NCBI RefSeq assembly: GCF_022045235.1
Contig: NW_027266271.1
Span: 27,776,001 to 27,840,000, forward strand
Source of the DNA: Haliotis cracherodii
Lineage: Eukaryota
Direction of reading: 5' to 3'
Length of the DNA: 64,000 nucleotides
Below are positions 52,805-64,000 of this stretch, one piece after another (the first letter of the stretch is position 1; each line of letters opens with the position of its first letter). A program made the position numbers and the translations under genes. The notes under the pieces were generated by a model. The model worked only from the letters and a program-made list of their open reading frames with translations, did not search any database and had not been told where the DNA came from.

Positions 52805-52994
52805 GTGAGTGAGTGAGTTGGGTTTAATACCGCTTTTGACAGTATTCCAGTTATATCACGGTGTGTCAGTTTATTGTGGGAGGAAAGTCCAAAGTGATGC
52901 AGGTCTCAGACGTTTACCACTTCGGTGAAACCCACGAGTCAAACTCTGCTCAGTGAAACGAGGTGCCTTGGACGACTGGGCCATCTGCGCCCCC
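52805..52994 (-). mobile_element. SINE family 4 with tRNA-like head
   Basis: Head GGGGGCGCAGATGGCCCAGTCG; TSD GCTCAGCTTGAGA / GCTCAGCACGAGA. Confidence 0.85.
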
Positions 52995-53418
52995 GCTCAG
53001 CACGAGAATAACTTTATGTTTTATTATGAACTACACACGATCTTTGTGGTTGTCTGATGTGATGATATCTAAGACAATATAATGTTTGTATTTATGTAAA
53101 TAAATGATACACAATCCTTTCACTAACCATAAGAAATCCCTGACAAAAGCAGAGTTCCTCGTACAGTTCTAACCATATTGTAAGTCTGTGTCCATGAGTC
53201 CTATCAAATGGTTAGACAATAATATTTATATAAAAACAATAAACAATAATGAAAAAATATGTCATACATAATGGGAGTGCAATGGACTGAAGTAACATTT
53301 CCAGATCATGTGACAATGTGGCCATGCTGGAGGTGAAGGTGTGACCTGATGTTGAGTTTAACACTTGGTAGACAGTTGTGTTAGTGTAAAGTGGGAGGAA
53401 GGTCAAGGATGCATGTCA

Positions 53419-54331
53419 AGAATCAAGAATTTTTATTGTACAGAACACCCTCGTAGGGTAGGGTACAAACTATCTACATGTAGACCATCTTACCGAGGCC
53501 AGGGAGTTAACTAACTTTAAAAGTCCAGTTTGCCGAACTAGGCTGGAATTCCTGGGCTCGATCGTAGCGCCACCAGTGGCTATTATGAGCCATGTCCCTT
53601 CTATGCCTTTCCTGTGGACCAATCAGATTCCACCTCTCGCATCACTTGCATTTGTTTCAAACAAAACGGTGGCTCCCTGTCAAGACGATCTGATCGATGA
53701 TCAAGATCTATATTGTGATAACACGAGTCTTACATCGCAAAGTGCATCAAATCACGTGAGCACCTTGATTAAAAACATGAAAAGATTTTGAAAATATCTG
53801 TTGTCAACGAGCTAGTGGTGCACATGCTTTGCAAATCCTGCGGTCGACCGAAATCTACATGACACTTTACGAACCAGATTTCGATTTAGGTGCGAGATTT
53901 TGATTGGACTATGCATAGACTCGTTAGCCCAGCCAAAATCTAACTCCATAATGCCAGCCTAGTTCAGCAAGGGTGGAAACTGGACTTTTATAGTCAGTTA
54001 ACTCACTTGCCTCGGGAAGATGCATATGGGCATGTATATAATTATAGACATGAAAGGTAGATATACATGATGTACATTATACATAGAGGTATTACATGTT
54101 ATTTCATCACTTTATGTATATCATGAGGTGGATGGCAGCGTACACTTAGTGTTGATACTGCGTTGATGGACTAGGAGAGAATTTCTCATGGCCTCAGCTT
54201 AAACATGTGGAATACAGTCCTGGCAACAAGACTGGACCATTCTTTTGGTGGGTTCATAAATTGTTTTAGGAGGTTGGTTTTATCAGTCTGGCAAGGGTCG
54301 CCTATTACTATCAGTGTGATGAGATTTCTCC
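53419..54331 (-). mobile_element. LINE 3' fragment flanked by a 46-bp direct repeat
   Basis: Minus strand: ...LLKQFMNPPKEWSSLVARTVFHMFKLRP*, AATAAA and ATTCTTG tail; repeats at 53373-53418 / 54332-54377. Confidence 0.7.
53486..54022. mobile_element. TIR element (possibly Mutator-like) nested in the LINE fragment
   Basis: ~65-bp imperfect TIR CATCTTMCCGAGGC...AACTAGGCTGG; decayed 9-bp flanks CATGTAGAC / CATATGGGC. Confidence 0.8.
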
Positions 54332-55152
54332 CAGTTGTGTTAATGTAAAGTTGGAGGAAGGTCAAGGATGCAGGTCAGGTTTCAGACATTTAAAACTTAA
54401 ACTAAGAACCATGATGTGGGTACGGTGCTGACAAACATCAGGAAGCATCCAACCCACCACCAGCAGATCCTGTTGGCTAAGGGACACAACTCTGCATGGA
54501 CAACGTTAGACTAACTGAGCCTCTTGTCCCCTCTGCTTGACAACGTGAGGATATATTCAAAACTGTAATTTGTCATCTTGCAAATGCATATTCATATGTT
54601 TATGAAGTCTAATAATTCATATTTTTGTCATATGAATAAGAGTTATAAGTGGTTTGATTTGTTCAAAAGCAACATGAATTATTTAATCTATTTCTATCAT
54701 TTACAACATCTTTATTTTATTGTCAGAAGAATAAATAGCGTTCAACTGTTATATTTCATATTTGATTAAAGTTAAGATAAACCAGAAATGTATCTACGAA
54801 CGAAATCACTAGGTTCCAGCTTCTCTCAGCACTCTCTTAGTTTGAGTGCAGATGGAGCATTAATGGACAACCCACGTTGGGATTCCATGTTGGCGTAGAT
54901 TCCGGGTAACCCGTTCATGTCCTACTAACTGCATCAGGTGATACAGATGATTTCCAGGCCACCATCATATGGCTAGAATATGATGAGCGAGCTTAACAAC
55001 AAGCAACAGATGGACAAAAAGATATTGCTTGCAAATAAACTTTGAACCTCTGTGAATCATGTTGCGTACCTAGTCTGTAAATAAATGTGACAACACTATA
55101 TCCATAATCATAAGAAATCTAAACTAGAAGCAGAGTCCGTTGTGATTCTGAC

Positions 55153-55923
55153 TACCATATTTTCTTGAGTATAGTGCGCACTTTTTTCCCAAAAAACAGC
55201 TCTGTTGAAGGGGGTGTGCATTATACACGCCAAACTGTTTTTTTAAGTTTATTTTCCCCCGACGCAAATACATTACTGAGAGCACATAAGACCGGAATTA
55301 CCATGTCAACAAATCTGTACTGAAATACGCAAATTAATCATGTAATTACACTGCCTGGTTATAAAAAAGTGTTCTGGACTTATTTCATTGATTTTATTAA
55401 AAAAATTCCTTTAATATTGTTTTAATTAATCTTGGCAAGATTGAGTGTGAAGTAATCTGAAGATCGCACAGCTCAAGATTATTAACAGCAACCACGGTCA
55501 GATTACCGCTATTGATGCCTTGAAACAAACTTTAGTTGACAGAGAATGGATACATACATATATCATAAATGCAATACTTTGACTTGTTAAAGGTCATATT
55601 TGATGTAGTTTGGCGATTCTATGTCAACATGTAGTTCTTGCGATCATGTGCGCAGGAGCTTCGCCAGGGTCTGGTCAAATTGTTCCACGTGAAAAAATGA
55701 ACGGCAATCGCAATCAGCTGCACCGAAGGGTTGTTATCATTGAAAATATAACGTTTGAAATATATTTAATTAAAGCTGCAACTTAGATAACATGATATTG
55801 GAATATATTATTCATGATACCAAATGGTTTTAGATACAATTTTTCCTGATCCTTGCATTAAAATACTTTTAAGTAATATCAGTTTTAACCAAATCACCGG
55901 TAGATTCCAAGAAAATGTGTGTA
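55153..55923. mobile_element. pogo/Tc1-type non-autonomous element
   Basis: TACCATATTTTCTTG ... CAAGAAAATGTGTGTA imperfect TIR; CpG-richer interior. Confidence 0.55.
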
Positions 55924-56289
55924 CGGCTGATTGCTGTTTCCGGTACATGTTTGCATGTGTTTATGAATCACCATCACTTAGTTCATGAAAAGGTGAGCCT
56001 ATCCTGCCCAGATGGTGGCACTTGACACAAACACATGCAAAGGCAAGTGAAATGTTCACCTGCAGAAACATTGCAACATCTGGTACAAGCCAAAATAGGT
56101 AATTGCATCAGACATCAAAAGACTCCTGGAAAGTAATTGTGTGAAAGTTTTTATGAAAAAGTCTTTCACATATGTTCTTCAAGTATAAGCAGATGTGTTG
56201 TAGAAATACTGTGGAATCTGTTTCAAAGAATCGGGACTATCGAATATATATACCACTTTATCAGACTTGATCATGTTCAATCATGATGT

Positions 56290-56451
56290 GGGGCGGTCGG
56301 GTATCCAAGTGGTTAAAGCGTTCGCTCGTCACGCCGACAACGCCGATTCCCGCCATGGGTACAATGTGTGAAGTCCATTTCCGGTGTCCCCCGCCGTGAT
56401 ATTGCTGGAATATTGCTAAAAGCTGCATAAAACCATACTCACTCACTCACT
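56290..56451 (+). mobile_element. SINE family 1
   Basis: 11-bp TSD AATCATGATGT, ACTC tail, B box partly deleted. Confidence 0.92.
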
Positions 56452-56522
56452 AAATCATGATGTTGATACAATTGATATGTAAGTCAATGAAGCAAACAAC
56501 TACTTAAAACCATTAGAAATTC

Positions 56523-56962
56523 CCTATCCTACTGCTAGACTATTCTGGTCTTATCCTACTGACAAACTATTCTGGTCTTATCCTACTGACAGTCTATTCT
56601 GGTCTTATCCTACTGACAGACTATTCTGGTCTTATCCTACTGACAGACTATTCTGGTCTTATCCTACTGACAGTCTATTCTGGTCTTATCCTATTGACAG
56701 ACTATTCTGGTCTTATCCTATTGACAGTCTATTCTGGTCTTATCTTACTGACAGACTATTCTGGTCTTATCCTATTGACAGTCTATTCTGGTCTTATCCT
56801 ACTGACAGACTATTCTGGTCTTATCCTGCTGCTAGACTATTCTGGTCTGATCCTATTGATAGACTATTCTGGTCTTATCCTATTGACAGACTATTCTGGT
56901 CTTATCCTACTGACAGACTATTCTGGTCTTATCCTATTGACAGACTATTCTGGTCTTATCCT
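56523..56962. repeat. Minisatellite, 27-bp unit (GACTATTCTGGTCTTATCCTACTGACA)
   Basis: ~16 copies. Confidence 0.95.
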
Positions 56963-57417
56963 TGTATGTGTTTCACAATACCTGGTACCAAGGTATCCCC
57001 TGGGTGTGAGTGGAGGTGTAATCTGGAACTGTGTATGTTGCCAGAAACCCTCAGTCATAATTTGTCCCATGTGTATTCGGGGAGGTTGTCATGGCTGGTT
57101 GCCTCGTCACTCATCCCAAACCTTGTCACTCTCCTTCAGCTCGGCAGTAACTACGGAGAGTTACCAGTTGGTGCTGTTGTAATACAAACATGTGGTTATC
57201 TCTTTGGCTTCTGTGCAAAATCTTGATGTGTTGGTATGGCTAAAACTGGGAGGAGGGAACACAGGCCCAGTAGACAGAGTCTGTTGATCACAGGTGTGAA
57301 TCCCAATTTAATCACGTCGCCATTGCATACCAGTTAACAAGGTGGTGAATATGTGGGACCTATGTCATCTTCCTCCCATGTACCCAGATTTGCTGTGTTC
57401 GGACTGAAATGGAGGCG

Positions 57418-57662
57418 GAGTGAGTAAGTTGGTTTTAATGCTGCTTTGAACAGTATTCCAGTTATATCACGGCATGTCTGCTTAATGTGGGAGGAAAGCC
57501 CAAAGTGAGGCAGTTCACAGACGTTTACCATTTTGGTGAAACCCAGGAGCACGGGTATCGTGCTGACAAACCTAGAAACATAATCGTGATGAACCAGGAT
57601 TCAAAACCATATACAGGTTTCTGGAGCAACTCTGCACAGTGCCTTAGATGACTAGGTTACCC
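57418..57662 (-). mobile_element. SINE family 4
   Basis: rc of the 44395-44710 / 45016-45190 family. Confidence 0.85.
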
Positions 57663-58145
57663 ATGACCCCTAAATACAGTTGGAACCTACTAACTCATCA
57701 CTGTAAGACTGAAACAAGATGTTAATACTTCCCACCTCAAAGAAATCAAAGATATACCTACTGTGACCTCTATGAAAGAGGAGGTGGTTGTATTGATAGA
57801 TTTGTCTCATTTCGTTAAATGCAGAAAAATATCGATGAACTCTCAAGAGAGACATCTGTCTTGTATTGTTGCGGACAATGTTTCCCTTGCTTCTTGCCAG
57901 AGCCATCCAGTTACTTCCCTTGGGAGGTTCGAGTGAGGTAAAAATCCCTCCGAGATATTTTCTGTAGCACATATGTCATTGTCTAGGAGTGCCTGGGTTC
58001 CCACTCTGAATTTGGAACAGATTATCAAGACACTGTATATAATATACTGCTGATGACAGTCAATGGAAGCGGATCCAGGATTTTGAAAAGTGTTAGTCCT
58101 TGTTTAATGACTAAGTCATCAAGGGACTTAGGGTGCAGTTATCAT

Positions 58146-58148
<3 letters not shown>

Positions 58149-58223
<75 letters not shown>
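58149..58223. repeat. (CA)n microsatellite
   Basis: ~37 units. Confidence 0.97.
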
Positions 58224-58228
<5 letters not shown>

Positions 58229-59005
58229 TCACTATGGATCTGCCAGTGGTCATTCAGGCTCATTTGACTCAGTTTATACTGTAATAACAAAGTCCATCAC
58301 TGAGCGGGTATCCGTGGCAAAATTGGACCCAAGTGCTCTGGCATGACACTTGCACTTGTTGAAGGAGCCACGTAGATAGGACTTGGTGACTACAGTGTGT
58401 GATCTGACTGATTAGGCCTTATCTCTCTCCGATGATGTGGATGACGACCGTTCATAACCTGAAATAATGCTCATTCAGGCGTAAAACAACACTAACTCAC
58501 ACACTGCTGTTTGCCTAATATGGTAAATTCTCTGTCCAAATACCCCAAATGTATTTTGCATCTCTTGAACTCGCCGACACAGAAAGTCAGCATGGGCTGT
58601 AGATTAGGACATGGTTCACCTTAAAGTGCTGTGATCCATGAAATGACAACATGAGTCCTGAAAGAAAGTTAATGGGTTGTGGTGAAGTTTTGTTGACTTT
58701 CCTGTGATAACATGAAACATTCATCCACCTGATGAGGCAAGGAGTTGCCTTGACACAGGATCCACTGTAAAGTTCCTCACAAAGTTTCATGTCTTTATGT
58801 ATCCTGTGCTACAAGCTTCTAACACTTCATCAAACACTTCACTTCCTGTGATCCATGCTGCACATGTGATCGTTTATACATCCCGAGACTTCCCGTATTT
58901 AGGCTCACGCAGAATTACTCTCATGGGCTTAAAAATGGAAAATATTTCCATATTTAGGCCCATTGGCTTAAATTTGGATATTAATTTTGGAGTGATGTTT
59001 CTTAA

Positions 59006-60231
59006 CTCTTTCAACACCGTGGGCCAGTACATAGGTCAAGAAGGCTCGAGTCCCCAGACACCTTGGATGGTAGACCCGCCAAGTTGTCGTCACATCAAAA
59101 TAGTATATAATTTTATTAACCTACCTGTCGTATCATTCATTTATCAAATTTATCCACTTTTCACAATATCTGAAATACGTATTCTTTTTCAATTCATCAT
59201 TTTTTTTCGATAGATTACAAAAGTATTCACTATTTCCCGCAATGTTATTGAAAATAAAATTCTTGGAAACACACTTTGACAACGGGTCCACATCAACATG
59301 TCAAAGAGCAAAATAAAGATGTTTAAAGCCAATCATTAAATATATTATACAAAGTAAATAAAATCGACAAAAATATATCTAAAAGTTGTCAAACTTACAT
59401 CTAAGTTATTATTTCCATCTTTTCATGAAATCGCGTGTAATGTAAGTCAAATGACATCTCGGCTTTTGTCGCCTTGATTTCTCAGCTTGGACACGATGTT
59501 TAAGGGCCAAATATATTCATGAAATATCTTTGTCACAGCTCATAATCTAGCATGAGACATATGTTTAATATAAATCGCGATTGCCTACTTATAAACGTTA
59601 GAAATAACACGATTTAACAAAGTTCTCTCATCAAAATGTGAAATTCATCATACAGGACAGTACCATAGCTGTAATTTGATTGGCTGCCTTAGGTCGCATG
59701 CTCAAATTAGACGAATCACAAACCTTGTAGCAGATTTTGGCAAGAAAATGTCATTAGAAACCAATTTTTATCTTATTCATACGAAGCTTGGAAAACGGAG
59801 GTATTTCTTCATGTATTTCTTCAGCAGACAGCCGCTGTTATAATTCTTTTTAAAATAAATTTCCAATTACGTAAACAATGAAAATAAAAAAGAAATAAGT
59901 CAGTGGATTTTATGAAATCTTATATTTGCCGAAAATTGTCGCTTCCTTGGTCCTTAATCTGGATGTTATGAATGTTTGAGCTTACATTTTTCTTTACAAT
60001 GAACTTAATTAAGTTGTAAAAGCATTATTTAAATAATGTGATAAACATAACTTTCATATTTATAAACAATAGGATTAGTCCTTTCACATGGCACATAACA
60101 TGTACAGTACCTAAGATGTTTTACAAGCAGATATTTTCTTTGATAAATGTTGGCTTCATGTATCACTCAAAAGTCTCTGGGAACTTGGTGTCACAGCAGT
60201 AAACGCTTCTGGTTGTCTGGTATTGAAAGAG
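59006..60231. mobile_element. piggyBac-like non-autonomous element with TTAA TSD
   Basis: TTAA-CTCTTTCAACACC ... GGTATTGAAAGAG-TTAA (13-bp TIR, 1 mismatch); may contain a nested element ending CC-TTAA at 59957. Confidence 0.65.
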
Positions 60232-61456
60232 TTAAATTGATACCTTACCTCCTTTGAAAGTGAATACTTGGCAATGCATTATGCAAGGCAATCTTATGTA
60301 CTGGTACTTTCAACAAGAAGTGCAAGTTTATCAGTCTATGAAGTTACTTCCTGTCCAAATGTAAAATCCTTGTACTATATTTTCTCAGTTAAAACAACTT
60401 GTTTTCTGCAAAGATTGCCCACTATATTTAGGTAAGAAAGCGTAAGCTTCCGAAATTGAGAACTGTGCTTTTTTTCGGATAATGAAAATAGTTTAAATGA
60501 GAAAGTGCTATTTTCCGTAATTAGCCCCAGGGCTTAAATATGGAAAATCCCTGTAATCACTTCAGAAAGACTTAGAAACTCAAGCAAAACATGGAGGGAG
60601 TTTTATTGTCTGTCATCTATATATCTGAAATATGTTATTAATAATAACAGCCAAAATAGCTTTCATTACCTTTTGGTTGAGAAAACTTGAACCGGGTCTG
60701 TTTATACCAACCACAATGTAATCTGTCTAGACTGGACTAGTCAAGCTCATATTTCTATCAATACTAGACTGAAGTTGTATGGTGTACCTGAGTTGGATTA
60801 AAAAACATCCTGAAAGTGCTGATGTCGCTGAATTGAATAAAAAGGGATGACATTTATGAAATTATATGCATGGACAGACACAAACATCCATTGCAGTCGT
60901 CAGTGTGACCTTAAACAGTACTTATGAAAGTCATATGATTGTAACATTCACAGTTTCCTTTGTCAAGTAGATAGCTCTGAACTGCTAGGAGAGCAAATTT
61001 GTTAAATTTACTGTGAACCACAACTGTGAACCCAGAGGGTTTAAATTGCAGCAACTCACTCACACACAACCAATACCATCATCATCATTTGTGGGAGATA
61101 TCATTTCTTGCTTCAAGAAATGAAAATATTTGCAGACAAAAATCTTATATCATCCCTTGAGACCAACAATGGCTCAAAATTGTTCAGCATCTGAAAAATT
61201 TGAGCATGACAGTATTTTTGAAATTGTCTGAGGAGACAATAAACTGCCTTTTGATGCTTCTATTGCAAACCAGATTTCCTTGGGGAGTTATTGGTTACTG
61301 TATTTATTTAATTTTTGTGTGCAATTGCCAGTGCCCAATTGCCATGTATAGACACATGAGTTAAAGCATTCTATTCTTTTTACAGATCAAGAATTCAATG
61401 GTAGATGTAGCGCCAGTAGCATGAGTGTGGATACTGGATACTAAAGTTCGCAGGAA

Positions 61457-61562
61457 ATGGAATACGGGATAATCAGCGGCCATTTTGGATTCTCCCTTGT
61501 GTTCCTACTGCTGCTCAGATGTAACGACATCACAGGTCAAGGGGGACATCACTGGGCCACAG
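61457..61562 (+). CDS. Putative first coding exon (exon 61386-61562) of a secreted or cell-surface protein; signal peptide
   Basis: Acceptor TTCTTTTTACAG|, donor CAG|GTAGGT, in-frame upstream stop, GAAATGG start context, MEYGIISGHFGFSLVFLLLLRCNDITGQGGHHWAT plus a phase-1 intron. Confidence 0.65.
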
Positions 61563-61595
61563 GTAGGTGATGTGATGCATCCGCTTTACACGTGC

Positions 61596-62100
61596 AGATG
61601 TATGGAGACTTGCAGAAGTTGACTGTATTCTGCTATTGATGTTGAATACAGATGTATTGAGACTTGCAGTAGTTGACTGTATTCTGCTATTGATGTGGAG
61701 TGCAGATGTATGGAAATTTGCAGTAATTGACTGTATTCTGCTATTGATGTCGAGTAGAGATGTATGGAAACTTGCAGTAGTTGACTGTATTCTGCTATTG
61801 ATGTCGAGTAGAGATGTATGGAAACTTGCAGTAGTTGACTGTATTCTGCTATTGATGTCGAGTAGAGATGTATGGAAACTTGCAGTAATTGACTGTATTC
61901 TGCTATTGATGTCGAGTACAGATGTATGGAAACTTGCAGTAGTTGACTGTATTCTTCTATTGATGTCGAGTACAGATGTATGGAAACTTTCAGTAATTGA
62001 CTGTATTCTGCTATTGATGTCGAGTACAGATGTATGGAAACTTGCAGTAATTGACTATTCTGCTATTGATGTTGAATACAGATACATGGATGTCTTCCCT
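61596..62100. repeat. Minisatellite, 54-bp unit
   Basis: ~9 copies; source of ORF 61636..62256. Confidence 0.95.
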
Positions 62101-62639
62101 ATTGATGTATTCCCATTGAAATCTTCATTCCATGTATTTTGTTGTGAGTATATTGGAGGAGAATCATTGTTCAGGTCATTTAGGATTTCACAAATAATTT
62201 ATAACACTAATGATTACAAGAAACATTTTGATATACATATTCATGAAATGAAATAGTTCTAGAATCCATATCTATATCCTACAGCTGTTCAAAATCAGCT
62301 GATGAAGCAATGGAACAGAACATGACAGGGATGTACAGTGACTGAATCAGTTTGCTGGTGAATAGTTTAATCACATGTTTTATTGATCAGTCACGACCTC
62401 GATTAACCAGCATGTAACGTGCAATTAACATCCTCGGAGATCCCACAGCAGTCAGAGGTGTGTAGTTCAGTAAAGAGGTGTATATTCAGTGTCTGAAAAG
62501 AATATGTCCACACAACTGATCTTCTTTGGGGAATTGAAGACATATGTGGCAATATTTTATTGTGACATAAAGAAGACATAAATTTGGACAGGTCAGACAG
62601 TTGAGAAATGTCAGAGGTCATAAAGTATCACATACATGT

Positions 62640-63450
62640 TCCCACCAATGATGGCACCCCAATTTGTTCAAGAAGTTTAAATCTGATTTTCTACATAGTT
62701 GCCACGACAACCATTTTGAAAAACAGGTTTATGGCCATTACTCAGTAGTTTATTTTTCAAATTGAAATGACATTTGGTAAATATGTAGTTTGTATTTGGG
62801 TTCAACATATATATTCTGTTATTTGAAATATTTACCTTGATTTGACCTTTGTCCTTTGACCATACTGAAAGATGAAACTTCTTATGGCCTGTACTCATCC
62901 ATTTTCGTTCAACGTGTAATGAAACTTGGTATGTGTCCAGTTAGTAGTGGGGCTCAACACAGATGTTCCCTTGATCTTTATTTGACCAATACACTTTGAC
63001 CATGGCCCTAGATCCTCTCAAAATGCATTTCCTCGCTCAGTTAACAATATCTCCTCACAAACAATTTGACCAGTGCAGCTAAGACTTCACTTATTTGTTC
63101 TTCCCAATGATGTCACCTGTATTGTTCAAGAGGTTCAAATGAACTGCCAGGGCAGCCATGTTGAAAAATCTGTTTTTGTCCATGCTTGTACAAAAAGTAT
63201 TGAAAATTGATATTTGTTTAGTTGAGTATGGGATTTAACACGAATCTTCCATTTTTTGCACTAGCTTAAGATTTTGACCTTTCATTAACATCCTCTTGTA
63301 TTCTCTTAAAATGCATATTTTGCTGTGTAAACTTCTTTTCTAAAATAGGGGAGCTGAACATTGGTATGTGTGTTTCTCCTTAAGATAACATTGTGTTTAA
63401 ATCATTAGAATTTGCTATACAAAACACTTTGACATCAATGCTGACTGCAA
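62640..63450. mobile_element. Decayed modular dispersed repeat (possibly Helentron-associated type)
   Basis: Recurrent GAAACTTGGTATGTG, TTGACCTT and GCCATG/TTTTGAAA modules; family assignment from memory. Confidence 0.35.
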
Positions 63451-64000
63451 CTTTTGTTAAGTGGCGATCCTTGTTGAAATTGTAACTGTAGACTACATAA
63501 ACAGGTGAGCTACAGTGCCATTGCAATATTCTTTTTGGTAAGTTCCCGTATAAAATGGTTGGTTCCTGATTTGCCTGTGATGGCTGTTTATTGTGATGTA
63601 CTGATGATCAGGACATTGTCCGGATACAGTTTAAAACTCAGGCAACAGCACCAGACACCAGTTTGAGCTTAAATAAGGATAATGCAGTGCTTGCAAATAG
63701 TTTGGAGATTCAGATTCAACAACTGAACTTGACAACATGCAAACTTGTTCCAGTGAACCAATCTCGTCCAATCTGTTGTTTTCCCGAGAGAAAGAAATAG
63801 GCTGTTCAAGTTGACAAGCATTGTTAATTAATTTGCAGTCTTGGGTAAAATGGCAGTTATTGCAGTGTTGAGTTGCATGTACAAGAACACATGCATCGAC
63901 AACAGGTTATAAAATGTTTCGTGTGCATGATTTTCTGCTGTCAGTATCAATGTCTTACAATTCATTCATGTCTTACATTACGTTTGGTCTTACTTTACGT

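Noticed and set aside
58726-58760. CTGATGA followed by a GGCAA/TTGCC stem, hammerhead-like
   Set aside because: The required GAAA after stem II is absent
56694-62256. Hydrophobic repeat ORFs 56694..57182 and 61636..62256 as membrane proteins
   Set aside because: Translations of the 27- and 54-bp minisatellites; the second lies just past a splice donor

Overview
Eukaryotic, AT-rich, CpG-depleted, almost entirely non-coding animal DNA. The SINE families suggest a mollusc, probably a gastropod (inference). About 13 kb (~20%) consists of about 19 unrelated minisatellite arrays with 11-87 bp units. The rest is densely patched with tRNA-derived SINEs (at least 4 families, many with clear TSDs), MITEs, and decayed mariner, Tc1, R4/Dong-type and other LINE fragments, plus a Penelope-like terminus. 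Nearly all long ORFs in the track are repeat artefacts. The only credible host-gene sequence is a + strand exon at 61386-61562 that encodes a signal-peptide-like N-terminus after three uORFs, so much of the window may be a large 5'-UTR intron. The most striking object is a well-preserved 1.95-kb TIR element (19870-21819). It has an 8-bp TSD, CACAG ends, 94-bp near-perfect TIRs extending imperfectly to ~300 bp, and mirrored promoter-like blocks. It carries a PIF1-helicase N-terminal fragment and possibly the start of a second, convergent gene, making it a candidate derivative of a helicase-carrying cut-and-paste transposon family. No CRISPR, rRNA or genuine tRNA genes were seen.
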